A stretch of 61,873 nt of DNA from Pocillopora damicornis (lineage: Eukaryota), in contig NW_020847647.1 in the NCBI RefSeq assembly GCF_003704095.1, forward strand, positions 1 to 61,873, read 5' to 3'. The notes beneath the pieces are model-generated. The model saw nothing but the letters and a program-made list of their open reading frames with translations, did not search any database and was not told the DNA's origin. The position numbers and the translations under genes are program-made. Of the stretch, positions 11,670-24,775 are shown piece after piece. The number at the start of each line of letters is the position of its first letter. Position 1 is the stretch's first letter.

Positions 11670-14600
11670 ATGGTAGCCAACAAACCATGGGTAGAAAGCA
11701 CAACACAGTATGTGCTAATATTAGTTGCTGCTGCCTCAGTAATCTTCCCTTCCATCATGTGCCAAGTCTGTCATTATAAGCCAAGGAAAAGTAAGTTTTT
11801 ATCCTTATTTAGACATGAGAAATTATGTTATGAATGGCAAAGAAAAATGTTTCTTTCATTGTGTTATATTCATCATACATTAGCATACACTGTCCCTTTT
11901 TGAAAGGTTAATAACAACTTTTCACCGTAGGCAAAGAGAGTACAGTTTAATTATCCCTGAGACAAAGCTAAGGGGATTATTTAACAATATTCACTGAGCC
12001 TGAAGTGCATAATTGTTTTAGTTTTGAAAATCTGCTCAGGTGCTTTTGAATTCTGTGGAAAATTCTGTAAAAAAAAGAAGCATTGTGCATAGTTTGTCAC
12101 AATTGTGATGATTACCTGTATCAAGATGAGCAAAAAGTTTGAGCAAGTTCATGTAATTCAATCAGCAAAAACTTCATATCTTTCTTTTGAAAAGTGTTCT
12201 GCCAAAGGTGGTAGCATATTTTGTGCTCTTCCCAATTGAATTTCCTTCTATTGAGCTTATCACTTCCTTGAAATCAGTGACAAAATGTAAGGCAGCCATT
12301 TTGAAATTTAGTGACCCTGCTATAATCACCTGGTGCGAGGTGATTATAGTAAGATGTGATGTAATCCTCTACTGATCAGAGTGTGCTGTAATAATAACCC
12401 AAGCAATATTGTTCTAAATATATTTCTTTTCTCAATTATGAATATTTGTAACAATCCAAGCTCTTCTTTTATGGGAAGATGCCTCTTCACCTTTTTTATT
12501 TCATTTAATTTGACTTTTTTGCTTTTTCTTTTTACCTCTCCTCAAGCTGAACCTATCATTGAAATAACAGCCAGTGAATTGCGTCTTCGCAAACCTGTCA
12601 ATGTCACTTGCATTGCACGGGAAAATGAGGTCTATTCGCACAAGTATGATTCCAAGCCAATTTCAATTTACTGGTTTTATAATGGAAATGAGGTCAAACA
12701 TAAATGTTCCATGGGTTTACCAGTTACCTCTCTGACATGTTCTTTGGTTATTGACTCCCTGACATCAAAGGTGCTGGGTAACTACACTTGCAAAGCAAAT
12801 ACTTTTGATCTTCACTGCAGTGTTAAACACTATGAAATTGATATTGATGGTAAGAAAGATTAATTTTAATAGTGTGATTATAATCATCTATAAAATGAGC
12901 AGTTGCAGTAATATTATATTGGAATATCACCAACTAGTAATAAATAAAAGTATCGGTTATTAAACCACACAGAGCACATGGATGACATTGAAGAACACTG
13001 CCAAGCTTTAAAGAAACAACCTGAACAATTGAACCGAGAAAACAAAATGATAATAATATGTCAACCAAACATCAGTCAACACCTAACTGTTAAGTTATTC
13101 CTCAGGAATATGAACCACCTGTAATAAAATTGATGTCTACCAGAGTGTTAGAGAGGGGGGGGCAAGGCATTGAACAATAGCTGGGACACAAACTCTCATC
13201 AAGTTTTTTTTAAACACCCTGCTCCCTCCTAGTCTTGAGTTTTTTACAGGAGGTCCAGATTTCTCATTTTCATAGAACATTGAAATTGAGTTTAAGGAGG
13301 ATAATTTTTTGTTTAACAGGTGTGATAAGGAATGTAGTAGCTGAAAGTTTAAATATATCATCCCTTAACAATCGATACATGTATACAGCTTTTTTGAGAA
13401 ACCTTTTTGAAAACCTGAAAGAGCACAAAACAATCTTGAAAGTTAAATTCTGGGTATCCAGTAATCAATAATTTTTTACATTTCTACAAGTCAAAGAAAT
13501 ATGAAATAATTCATGAAACCTACAGTGTTTTGTCCTTACAGTGATGTTTTCTCACATTTTCCTGAAATGGTGAGGTCAGTAAATTGTAACCTGAAACTAT
13601 CAAAAGTATCTTTCAAATTTGTCACACACACTTTTACTGTTTTTTCCTCCAACCTTTCTCAAAACAGCTGTATGTGATATGATAATGTTGTGGACTCTGT
13701 AATGAAGTTATCTAACTTATAGTGCTGTCAGTAGTTGAAAGGGTATGCATGCGGGTTGCTGTGGACCAAAAGTAATCTTAAAAACTGACTCTCAAAGTCA
13801 AGTGCTCCACCTTCCTCCTCTCTAGATGTACTACCTGCAGAGACAACTGAAGCTCCAACTTACCAGGGTATTGTCCCTGGGCCTAATACAACAAAAAACT
13901 GCAGTGATTATGGCAAAGGCCAGTGTGTGAGCAACAAGAATTCTGCAAATGAGACATCACAAGGAGGAGGAACCAATTACTCTCCAGAAACTGCTAGTAA
14001 GTATTTGCAAAGAAAACCTGTTTTAACCCGTCACACCCTAATATCAGTATGCATATTATCAACACTGTTCTCTATACCTTTTCTAAGATGCTAAAAAGGA
14101 GAATTTGTTTAACAATCAAGGGCTTCTCCAGTTGATGATCATTTCATTCCTTCTCTTGATCTTAATGTTTGACTTGAAAAATATTGTAAGAAGAAATTAG
14201 ACACAAGTCACTCTTAGGGGTCAGAAGGGGTAGCAGATATTTTTTTTAGCAAAAATGTAGTATTATTCGTTTGTTTGTGGTTGCTTTTCAACTGATTCCT
14301 GTAAAATGTTTCGTTCATTTCTTAACATAATGTTGTATTATTCGTTTCTTTGTGTGTTTGCTTTTCAGCTGATTCTCATAAAATCTTCTATTCATTTCAT
14401 AAAAGAATGTTAATAGCTGTCAACCAGATCCAGCAAATGTAATACAAAATGCATGAAAAACAAATTTGAAACTTTGAAAACTGACGTATAGCACGTCTAT
14501 GTATTCCTCTTCAGTTTTTAGTACACCGGAACCACGCAAATTTTTAAACGCCAGTGGAAGTTCAGAACAAAGCATGATCGCAGTCGTGGTACCCAGTGTC

Positions 14601-17600
14601 ATCTCGGCTTTGGTAATTTTAAGCATTGGAAGTTTTCTGTGGTTTCGTCGAGGAGCTCGACGGGTGAGTAACGAATTTGTAACATTTTTTTTTACACAAT
14701 TGATCTTGGGTTCTTTGTGCGGATAACTACAGCTAGGTCGTAAGGGACTAGGGCGGAGGGGTCAAAGGGTGTTCGTTACCTCCCCCCCTTTCTGCTTGTC
14801 CTCTTTCTCTTGTTTATTCAGAAGACACCCTGACATGCTTGCAAATGTCGGTAAAGTACTGTCGAAGAACGCCTCTCCATCTGCAAAATCATACCGACAT
14901 GCACCCACTAGCATACTGTATGTGCATCTGTCATCAACCTCTAGTGTAACTTTTTACTTGACAATTGTGATGAGGAGGGGGCGGTGGGAGGGGGGATGGG
15001 GCAAACCCGGAGGCATGAAAGACAGTATTAGAAAATGAGAGAATTGGTGTTCCACAAATATTTCGTTTTCAGACATTTCGGCTTAATTCAGATGTTGATG
15101 CCAAGCTATGTTTATCCTCTCCGCTTCAAGCATACTTGGCAGAACTTTGTTGAGATAATCACTGTTTGTGATAAAGAGTAATGTGTAGACTTATGTAAAT
15201 GAGATTAACAATTCCAAGCACCACTTGCCTAGCGCCAAAAGATGCGTAATGTCTTACATCTGCTAACTGTCAAAATCCAGGCAGAGTACAAGTACAGCTT
15301 CTTTGCTTAATTTTCTGGAGGAGAATCACTATAGATAAATGTTTAATGTCATTTTAAACTTCAAATCTCACCTAATATCAAAAAGGACTTTTTTTTTCTT
15401 GGATTTAGAGAAGGAACAATGAAAGTCCTACTTCTGCCAATGCAAGTGAATATCTTTTGGAAGTAATACCACTGCATGATAGGTCCTCATCCCATGGCTC
15501 AACCGCGCCATTACGTTTGCAAGAAGAATGCAAAACTACGAACAACTCGAACCATATTGAGACGTCTCTAGTACCAGATATAGAGCCTGAAACTTTGCCT
15601 CCGAGTACCTCGGTCAATCCTGTCGGGTATTCATTGTTAACGGAAAAATGGGTTGAGAATCCTAATAAAAAATGTTTCCATGGTACAAAGTGGAGCTCAG
15701 AGCGAAACGATTCACACAATTTCCGTCCAGAAAGACCACCAAAACCCGCCAAAAAAGATAGCACAGAAAAGCAGATGAACTGTTTATGCATGACAATGGC
15801 AGAAAACTTAGGAACTACGCAAGACAATGTAACAAGTAAAGACAGTGGTTATAATAGCGCAGAGAGCAGAGAGAGCATTCCCGAGATGCCTCTGGAGAAC
15901 AAGAACACCTGGCAAATCGAATTGGATGAGCTAAAAATCCTTGATAAAGTGCTCGGAAAAGGAGAATTTGGAATCGTTAAAAAAGGGCTTTATCGTGGTA
16001 AAGAGGTGGCAGTGAAACAGTCTAAAGGTAAGAAACTGATAACGACTTGTCTTATTTTCCATATCTATTGTTTGTTCTTACGTGTAACAGACAGAGCTTT
16101 GTTTCAATTTTTTAGAGGCGTACTCCTTAGTTCCAACACAACCTCATGGAAATCCTTCACAAGGGAACAATGTCTAGATTTCCACAATGATTCAGTCCTT
16201 AAAACAACAAGAGTTTGTTTGTGTGTTTATATGATATATCGTTCTTATTTTTTATTTATTTATTTTTAATCTTGTCACGTGGTTTAGTTACGTTCTCAAG
16301 GTGCAACAAGGACGACCTACTTAATGAAATAAAGATGCTGAAGCAGGCTGGAAGACATCCAAACATAGTCAGTTTTATTGGTGCCTGCACTCAAGAAGGT
16401 ATTTTGTCCTTTTTTCCAAGCACGATCTGGGAGAAAAACGCTGAGTCACGATATACGATATACAATATATTTTTGGCTGGACTCCTTTCATTCAACAGAA
16501 TGTAGTACTACTTGTACTTATTGCACCGGACTTTACGTTTTCCCCTTTATCATCATTGCAAATACCTAAGATACAATTAACGCAATTGTAATCAAATAGA
16601 TGAATATAACCACTTTTTGAAGCAGAAAACAAGCTAAGTACTTGCAAATTGAGCTGTGATCCCTTCAGGGAAAGTACAAACAAACGTTGTTTTTCAGTGT
16701 GTTTTTCAGTGTGTTTGTTTTATGGAAACTAACACTCGAATTTGGCTCACGAGTTTGAAGTTCAACAGATCTATGTTTTTAACCCTCAGATAATATTCTG
16801 CTAATAACAGAGCTGGTATCTGGAGGTACCCTTGAAAGTCTGTTGAGGTCTAAACCTCGTAATGGGGGGCAAAACCAATATGAGAACTTAAACTGTGGGC
16901 TAACTGAGCGAGAGCTGTTGCAAGTTTCTCTTCAGGTGGCCTGTGGAATGCAACATTTGGAAGAAAGAAAGGTACGACAAAGGTTAACCAAGAATAAAGT
17001 TTACTCATTGGGGGTGAACTTTTATTTTAGCAAGCCTGTGGTGGCGTTTGACACAAGATCAGGACGACAAGGCCCAAGCCTTGGGCAGTTCACTGTGTTG
17101 TGTGCTGTTCACTTCACAGAGTCTTTCTTCTATCTGGAAAATAAATGATAATCACAAAAAGACATCAGGATAATGTTAGGAAATGCTAGAAGTTTGCTCA
17201 TGATGGTGACACAGTGAAGCAAGAAAAGGGTATTAATAGTCACCACAAGCTAATATAGACTCAGTGGAAGCGAAAATAGAGCATCGCATTTCCATTGAAC
17301 TCTAACTTTTACTAGTGTGATTCACAGCAAGTATGAGAAAGCGAAACAGTGCTTTTTTTGAACACGCAATGGAGGCTTGTCGCTTTTTTGATCCCCCACT
17401 TTTCATTTCGTCAAGTGCCTGCGTGTGAATCATAAATCTGTTGACACGTGTGTCTTTCTCTTCATCAGTACATTCATCGCGACCTTGCGGCGAGAAATGT
17501 TTTCATTGGTAAAAACAAGGTAGCAAAAGTAGGAGACTTCGGATTAGCGAGAGACATTTCAGATAGAGGCATTTACACCAAGACTTCTGATGTGAGTACA

Positions 17601-19631
17601 TTTATAAGATATGTAGAGGTCGACGCTTATCGTTTCACTAATCTTTTTAACTCAGCATATCTGTACTCTCTTCAACAGCTACTATTAGAAAGCTTTTTCC
17701 AGCTTTTGTAGGGTAGCGTCCTAATAGCTGTGCGCGGTTGGAAGTTTAGATCTTAAACAAATAAACAGTTAGAAAATTTTTAGTTTTAAAAACCTTGAAA
17801 TGATAAAACATTGTATCTACATTTTAATGTATCTTTGTTTTGTCAGGGCGGAGTTCCATGGAGGTGGTCTTCTTTAGAATCATTAAAATGTAGGGTTTAC
17901 ACCTCCAAAAGCGATGTGTAAGTTTATGATAATTTTGATGTCTTACGCGCTTTGAAAGTTTTTATAACAAAATATCGAATCAGCACCCTTTTCGAAAAAG
18001 CAGACTCCCCCCCCCCCCCCCCNNNNNNNNNNNNNNNNNNNNNNNNNNNNNNNNNAAGTCTGGTCGATCACTCTCCTTTCTTTGTTTGTTTGTTTTTTTT
18101 ATCCAATATAATCGAATCTACATGTAACTTTATATCATTGCGAGACAACATTACATTACTTACATTATCCAAATTCACGAAATGGTGCATTCGCGCTAGC
18201 CCTGTTTCAGTTTGAAGACAAGCTAATTGGGAAAATGATTACTAATTAACAGAGCTGCTATCAAAACCTTTTGGACAAGCTTTCTATCGTACAGTTTTGT
18301 TTTTATTGTTGTTTATACCCCTTTTTTTTTGGGGGGGGGGGGGGGTTGAGACCATTTAAATAAGCGTCTTCTCAGAATGAACAGTTCCTCCCATGTGAAA
18401 TACAAAGTAATAACTAAAAACGTAGTGTTTGAATTATGGGACAAACTGCGTCAGGTTAGCTTTATGGAACTGTTCGCCGCAATTGATGGTGGACTCTCGT
18501 AGAATTCTTTTGTAGTTAATTAGAGTCGCAATTATTTTAATAGGTAAAATAACTCAATTATACAATTTTTTCTTAATGATAGATGGTCGTTTGGGATTTT
18601 GTTGTGGGAAATTTTTACTTATGGTAAGTTTGTGTAAACAATTTTTAGAAGATATTACATACCAATTGTTCCTTTGAAATCAAACTGAAATTATTTTTAT
18701 GCATGTCGTCAAAAAAATTAAAAAATTAATGTCACTCCCATCGAATAGATAATATGGCGAGACTGTGTATTTCATTGTTGTGCAAGAATGTTCTTAGATA
18801 TGCCTTTCAAATTGCTCGCTTTGTTCCAGCTCGAGAAAAATTCTTTGATGTAAGATTTTGGCCATACAGTAGGAAACGTGCGTTGTTTAGATGGTTGTTT
18901 ATGAGTATCGGCCTCGTTCCATTTTAAGGCTCTTAGTTCTGAAAAAAAAAAAGAACAAAACAAAAAGACAACTTTGCACAAGGAAACGAATGCAACCATT
19001 TCTTGACTTTAACACTTACATATTATCCTATCAGGTGAGGTTCCCTACCCTGATATACGTGCAATAGAGACCCTCATTACGTGGCTATCGTCTGGTAACC
19101 GGATGCCTTGTCCTCTAAATTGTTCCAATCAACGGTGGGTTAGAGAACTATCTGTAGCGTCTTCTCGACCTTGGTCATTTTCAAGCAGTCAATTTCCAGA
19201 AATGTTGTTAACAGACAGATTAGTATTTGACTAATCTCTAGTTGTATTTGTAGGTATAAGTTGATGAAGTCCTGTTGGCAAGAAAATCCATTAAAGAGGC
19301 CCACGTTTGCATGTATTGTAGAACAACTGGAAAAGATCTTAAGCTTAGAATACAAGGTATGTATTCACGTCCAGAATGAAACTTTCCTCATTTTCATTTT
19401 ATTTGCTTGTACAGAACGATTTTCCTCTTTGGGTTGTCTCTGTTTACCGCAGTAATTGTACTCATTGACAGTCTCTTCGGTTGAACGGCTAACTAGTGAA
19501 TGGACAACAAACTATATGTTCAACTTTGTTCTACCTCGCCCTTTTTTAGTTGATTTGTTCATCTTTTTCCGTTTCAGAGTGAGTATGCTAACCTTCAGAG
19601 TGATGACTCCGGTAACCAAGAAGAAGTATAG
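11670..19631 (+). CDS. FGFR-like receptor tyrosine kinase with a single Ig domain (13 coding exons, about 715 aa)
   Basis: Exons 11670-11790 (signal peptide), 12547-12849 (Ig: VTC..IYWF..GNYTCKA), 13826-13996, 14515-14663 (TM + RR), 15409-16027 (juxtamembrane, GKGEFG, VAVK), 16288-16398 (LLNE, HPNIV), 16790-16971, 17469-17591 ([15 protein letters not shown]), 17847-17917, 18583-18623 ([12 protein letters not shown]), 19035-19134, 19254-19356 (CW..P..RPTF) and 19578-19631 (SEYANL..stop). All phases match and total 2148 nt. AATAAA at about 19772. Confidence 0.93.
14023..14230. mobile_element. Short MITE-like repeat in RTK intron
   Basis: Begins ttaacccgtcacaccctaa and ends ttaggggtcagaagggg (degenerate inverted termini). 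About 200 bp and non-coding. Confidence 0.5.
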
Positions 19632-20793
19632 AAATTCGTGACAGAGAAGACGTTGTATTCATACAAAACTGCATATAGAACATACCCATCAAGTTACCAC
19701 CAAATGTACGTGTTATACATTTACCGTGTGGAGAGATACACACAAGAGGAAACATTAAAACCTTTAGAGAAAATAAAAAGTATATAAATAATTTTCACCA
19801 AATTATTTTATTTAATTTAAGTCTGTTAAAATAACTTCTCTGAAATTTCTTTCGCTAAAAAACGTTTTAAAGTCTTACATATGTAAAACTATAGTTGTAA
19901 AAATTACGTTATAGACAGAGAGTTGGAAATTTAGGCTAAAACTATTATAACAATAGAGAGAAAATTCAAGACTGTAAACTGATTCAAAATTGGATAGGTA
20001 AAATCAGAGAAATCGGAATATTTTTTATCTTTTATTTCTCCTGTTAATAAACTTTTCACTTTTCTTTGGTGCAGTGCTGAGTTACTTTTCTATAGCAATT
20101 GACAACTCGTGTATCATTGCATTTTCGCAGAGTAAGTAATCACCAAGCTTTAATTAGTTGTAAATCGTATAAAACATCAGCTAATAAAATTCAAGTTGAT
20201 CCGTTCACTTTCGGTGAAAAATTACGTAGTTGCGCAAATGTGGAGAATCTTGAGAAAAGACAGGTGCCAATGTAAACCAGGGAAATGCACATGATGACAT
20301 GGTGTGTAACTTGTAATGAAATATTTTAATCAGTTCACTCCTTGGTTAAATCACAGTTTTTACACCTAGGTAAGCAATATTTAGTGGCCCTTGAAAGGAA
20401 ACTCTTACTGAACCGAAGTTTTCGTAAAATGTTTACTTATTAAAGACGATGATCGAGACATTGTCAATTTCTCCAAATAAGGTCTAGGTTAAGGCTCATA
20501 AATTACGGTTGATTTTTCCTTTATTCTGTTTATTCTTGGAAAGCTGGCAGCTGCTACTTATTTAAAAAATAGTGACTCATAACAATCTGCAAAGAGTCAA
20601 ATGGCGAGAGATAATTTGTTAGCGCACGAAAACGAAACATTCGTTTTCGTGCGCCAAGGTAATTCTTTGAAAAGGAGTGTGATACTAGATAAAAAGGCAA
20701 AAATCCTGGGAAAACTAGCATTTCTTTACAAGAAGATTTCCTATATTCCTTTTACAATGAGAGTTTAAAATACACAGGTGGAACAAAAACGTT

Positions 20794-22415
20794 TCATGCC
20801 AAACTTCGCTTGAATTTGCTCAGAATGGTTTTCCGGCCTTGGCGAATTCCAGGCTCCTGCCCTTCTTGTTCACCTGTCGATGGCACAGAACATATGATAA
20901 CAATGAACACCTAAATCAATTTTCCCTACTTTTGTCTAAGAAAAGGGGTAATAAAATATCTAAAGAAAATGGGCATATAACTGGGCTGCGTCAAGTTGGT
21001 GCCTGGCGTCACTTGGGGGTATTAACGAACTGCTAAAAAAAAACTCAAAAATCAATGGCGTTTTTGGTCAACTTTTCATATTTATTTATTTTCTTTTTGG
21101 ATAGTTTTGTCTCTAGTGTCATTCTTATTTATGTTTATTACGTTTTACGTGCGATCCTACACAAGTTTAAAAATATGATCATATTCTTGCTAAAGATTGC
21201 AGCCTACACTTTTCATGTGGGAAAGTATAGGATGTGTCACACTGAAAAGACAAAAGACAGACTTTCTATAGAAGGGAAAGATGACTAAACATTGAGTTAC
21301 CTACCACCAGTGATGGCGACTTTCAGCTGTTTGTAAGTACATCCCAGTTCATTGACTGCCTGGCAGAAGTACTTGCCTTTGTCTCCTGGTTTCACATTCA
21401 CGAGCGACAAAGAGCACGTTTTGACCTTGCGAGGCTTTTTATCACAGTTGAATTCGCGAATGAAGGAGTAGTTTACGAACAACTTGATCAGATTAGGCTC
21501 CAAATAGGAGCGAAGATATGGTGGGAATCCCAACGGCATTTTTGCAGTGCATACCAATGTTACATTCGAGCCGAGCTGTACGGTGACTGCTTTGTCCAAG
21601 TGTTTCATTTCAGATGTATGAGGCGATTTGTCAGGCGTTGTTACATAAAAGTCCACAGATGGTGAACCTACAGCACAACATTGCGAGATTTTTAAAACAC
21701 TGTCAAAATCCTATGAGGCAAGCAGTTATAGGATATTTTACAATGAGCACTTGAACGCCCAAAGCGTTTCACTATGTGCTCTCAGCTCTAGCAAAATCTA
21801 GTAACTTATGTGTTTTAAAATTATTTCGAATGAGGGAGTTTAAAAATCGATTGGCATATAACATTGTAACCTGTGTTACTTTTGATCTTAATTTACTAGT
21901 GTTATGCTGAGCTTCCTTAACTGATTTTCTTCCAATTTGAGTTTTCCTCAATATTAACCAATTGTATTTGTACTTTAACAGCCTGTTGCACACCCGGCTT
22001 GGTAAAGCAGCAATTTAGGCTCCTTTCTCTGCTTCTGACCAGAAGTAGACGATGGGTCAATGATAAAGAAAGGGCTCTCCTAAGAAACAACAAAACTAAG
22101 AAGGACGTTTTTAACAAAGCTATGCTATCTTTTAAAAAGACGAGTCCAATTTGATAGCTTTGCGACCCTTTTTCTATTCCTTTTTTTGTACTCCATGGCG
22201 TGGCATGTACGACTAGTCAGAGCCTATAAGTCTTACTTGCCAAGTATATCTCAACATTTAAAAGGAAAAATACCGATTCATTAAAAAAAAGGGGGATATT
22301 TTTTCTTACCTCCATAAGCCTCTGTACCACAAGTCTGGCACCAGATAGGCCTGCCAAGGGATGCAATGATAGCAACTGTAACAATGACGGAGTACGATGC
22401 ATAGGCAACCTTCAT
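20794..22415 (-). CDS. Secreted single-Ig-domain protein with no TM (3 coding exons, about 182 aa)
   Basis: Exon 22415-22310 is a signal peptide, MKVAYASYSVIVTVAIIASLGRPIWCQTCGTEAYG (phase 1). Exon 21667-21305 is an Ig domain (VTLVCTAK...DKGKYFCQAVNELGC, phase 1). Exon 20873-20794 is a basic tail, GEQEGQEPGIRQGRKTILSKFKRSLA*. Minus-strand AATAAA at about 20520-20534. Read-through of exon 2 also stops at once (21297), so both forms lack a TM. Confidence 0.8.
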
Positions 22416-23157
22416 ATCTGTAACGAGGAAGATAATAGAGAACACAGACCCCAAAAGTTTAAGTTTGACCGATTTGGTATACTTATCAATCCGACAGGTA
22501 TACCTTTTATAGGATATCTCTTCTCCATATTAGTAAATTCTTGACGTAACGTTCTTTCCAAAAATATTTATTACTCGATACACAACATAGGATTAAAGGA
22601 AAGTTTAACTTGGCCGTTAAAGTGAAACGGGGTAGCACCAATAGGAAACTCAAAAGTTCTGGCGTGTGAATTAACGAGAACTGACAAACCGAGGTCCATG
22701 TACAACCTCCTGATTCGTTGAATTGCGAGAATTAAAGTTCAGAAATATAGTTTGCACGTGACAAATCTTTCTCTTTAACTGACTTTCCCGACAAAATAAA
22801 CAGTGACGTCTTTCATTTTCTACGTCAATCAACATCAATGTGATGCATTTGTAATGAATCACAATGACAAGGTTGTGATATGTGCTTGGAGGCTTTCAGG
22901 TAAAAACTGAAACTTTGCTCATATAACCAGATCCATCAATTCGCAGAAACTAGGACTTACGTAAAAATGGTGATTACAAAGCTTACTTAGTCACTTTTCT
23001 TATTTGCCCTATGCATTTAAGGTTTTGTATCCATTTTGTTTATTATCTCTTTGACATTTCCGTTTCCTACGCCAGATGATATGCACTCATCGACTGCGAA
23101 CATCATTATCGAGAGCAAAAATACTCTCCCGTTCGGCCCAACCAGGCTCGCATAGAA

Positions 23158-23560
23158 ATTATTTTTACAGCCAGCACATACAAACTTATAAACCACATGT
23201 GAACGGAGCCCGTCAGGGACAGGATCTTTCACTCCAAACAAGTTACCAATCTTGAAAGAAGAGAAAACTAGCTTGTCATTGCCAAGTCATTGCAATAGCG
23301 CTTAATAAAATGGCGAATCTTATTCAAAGAGAACAACCCTCTTTGAATCAACAATTACATAATGTAAATCTAAAACTATCCTTTTAATTCTGACACTTTC
23401 ATGCTTTGCCTTTTTCTCGTTGTCACCATTTGTCGTATTAGCTTTTTTCTACTTATTCTAAATTCAACTTCCGACGCTTTGTACATTAATTAACTGAAGA
23501 TGACAGAAGTTTCTGTGGAAACGTGTTTTACAAACTCAAACGTTTTGTCGTTTTCTTCAA
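23158..23560. mobile_element. Truncated Penelope-like retroelement remnant with inverted structure
   Basis: Minus strand 23158-23320 encodes KLVFSSFKIGNLFGVKDPVPDGLRSHVVYKFVCAGC, the start of a PLE GIY-YIG region. Plus strand 23323-23388 reads IQREQPSLNQQLHNVNLKLSF*, a PLE-type ORF end, followed by a degenerate hammerhead (CTGAAGA..GAAAC at 23494-23522). Confidence 0.75.
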
Positions 23561-24560
23561 ATAGAAAATTGTATTTAAAAGCAATTCAAGTGTACTGTCT
23601 TGTTCTTTCTGATATTCTCTGCCACGTTCTGTATACATGTATAATTGTTTGTGTGAGATTTGTATAAGGAGCATTTTATCTGTATATTTAATTTTCTTTC
23701 AGCAAGACTAATTAACTAGCAGTTTTATGGCTTATCTTTCCTTTGCACCAAAATGTTACAATTCCAGAGTGTGGTTTATTTTCTTAATTAACTGCGCTTC
23801 TTAGTTTTGTTTTTTTTTCCCATTTATATGTGTATGATGTACACCTTTCAGTTTTCAATGATATCGCGGTTTCAAGGTCACCAGTTCGTATTACTTTCGA
23901 AAATCGATAATATGTAAGTTTTCTAAGACACGAAAGTTCTGAAAAACTGACAAAGTGGACATTTGCATCGGTAAAAAAGAAGTCCTCCATCAAGGTACGC
24001 ACAGTATAGTTTCATTTGTTAACCTTTCAATGTACACGTAGATGATCATTGATGACGATTTACGTAGATGCAAAAGAGCCATTCTATCTCGCATCTAGTT
24101 TCGAAACTATAACGATTAGAAAGTTATAAATGTATAGGAGGGGAGGGGACACTCGTCCAATTGTTTCAGTGTATGGTTAAAATAATAACAAAGTCGTGCT
24201 TCGAAAAAAGAATATAAGACTAAACAAGACTAAAAAAAGCCATGGAAATACGAAATACCTGTCGGTCATATGCTCTTGTGAACGTAGATAGTAGCTAGGA
24301 AACTGAAAGTACTGTCCTAAATTACGTCCAAGGTCAGTCCACCTGAATTGTATGAATATCAAAAAATAATGCAGATATCATAATTATTCATATCAGTTAC
24401 ACTATGGACCAAATTACCACAATGTGTCAGATCGAATGTGTGATCTAATCATTTGATTGAAAGAAAGCTGCCATTAAACCATTCTAAGACGTGACGACAA
24501 AAAAACTTAAAACAAAACAAACATTGAAAATCTGCAATATCAACGGTTATATGGACAAAG

Positions 24561-24775
24561 CGGAAGTCTTTCGAGTTGAGTTGCGACCCGGATGTAATTA
24601 AACTGAAACGTCGTGGACGTTTTTTACAAGCAAAAAATGTAGTGTTAAGTCAAATGCGAGCTATTTTTTACTTTAAATCTTCCGGTCCATCGTATATAAA
24701 AGCCTGTGAGTAGTAAAAGGGACTTTCATTTCAAATTACCTGCTAGTCAGAACAAGAGTTCCTGCCATCCTAAAG
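24561..24775 (+). promoter_or_regulatory. TATA promoter and probable non-coding first exon of the FGF-like gene
   Basis: TATATAAAAG at 24693-24702, Inr-like TTCATT about 30 nt downstream, donor aag|gtattt at 24775/24776, and acceptor tttcag at 25209 before the ATG exon. Confidence 0.6.
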
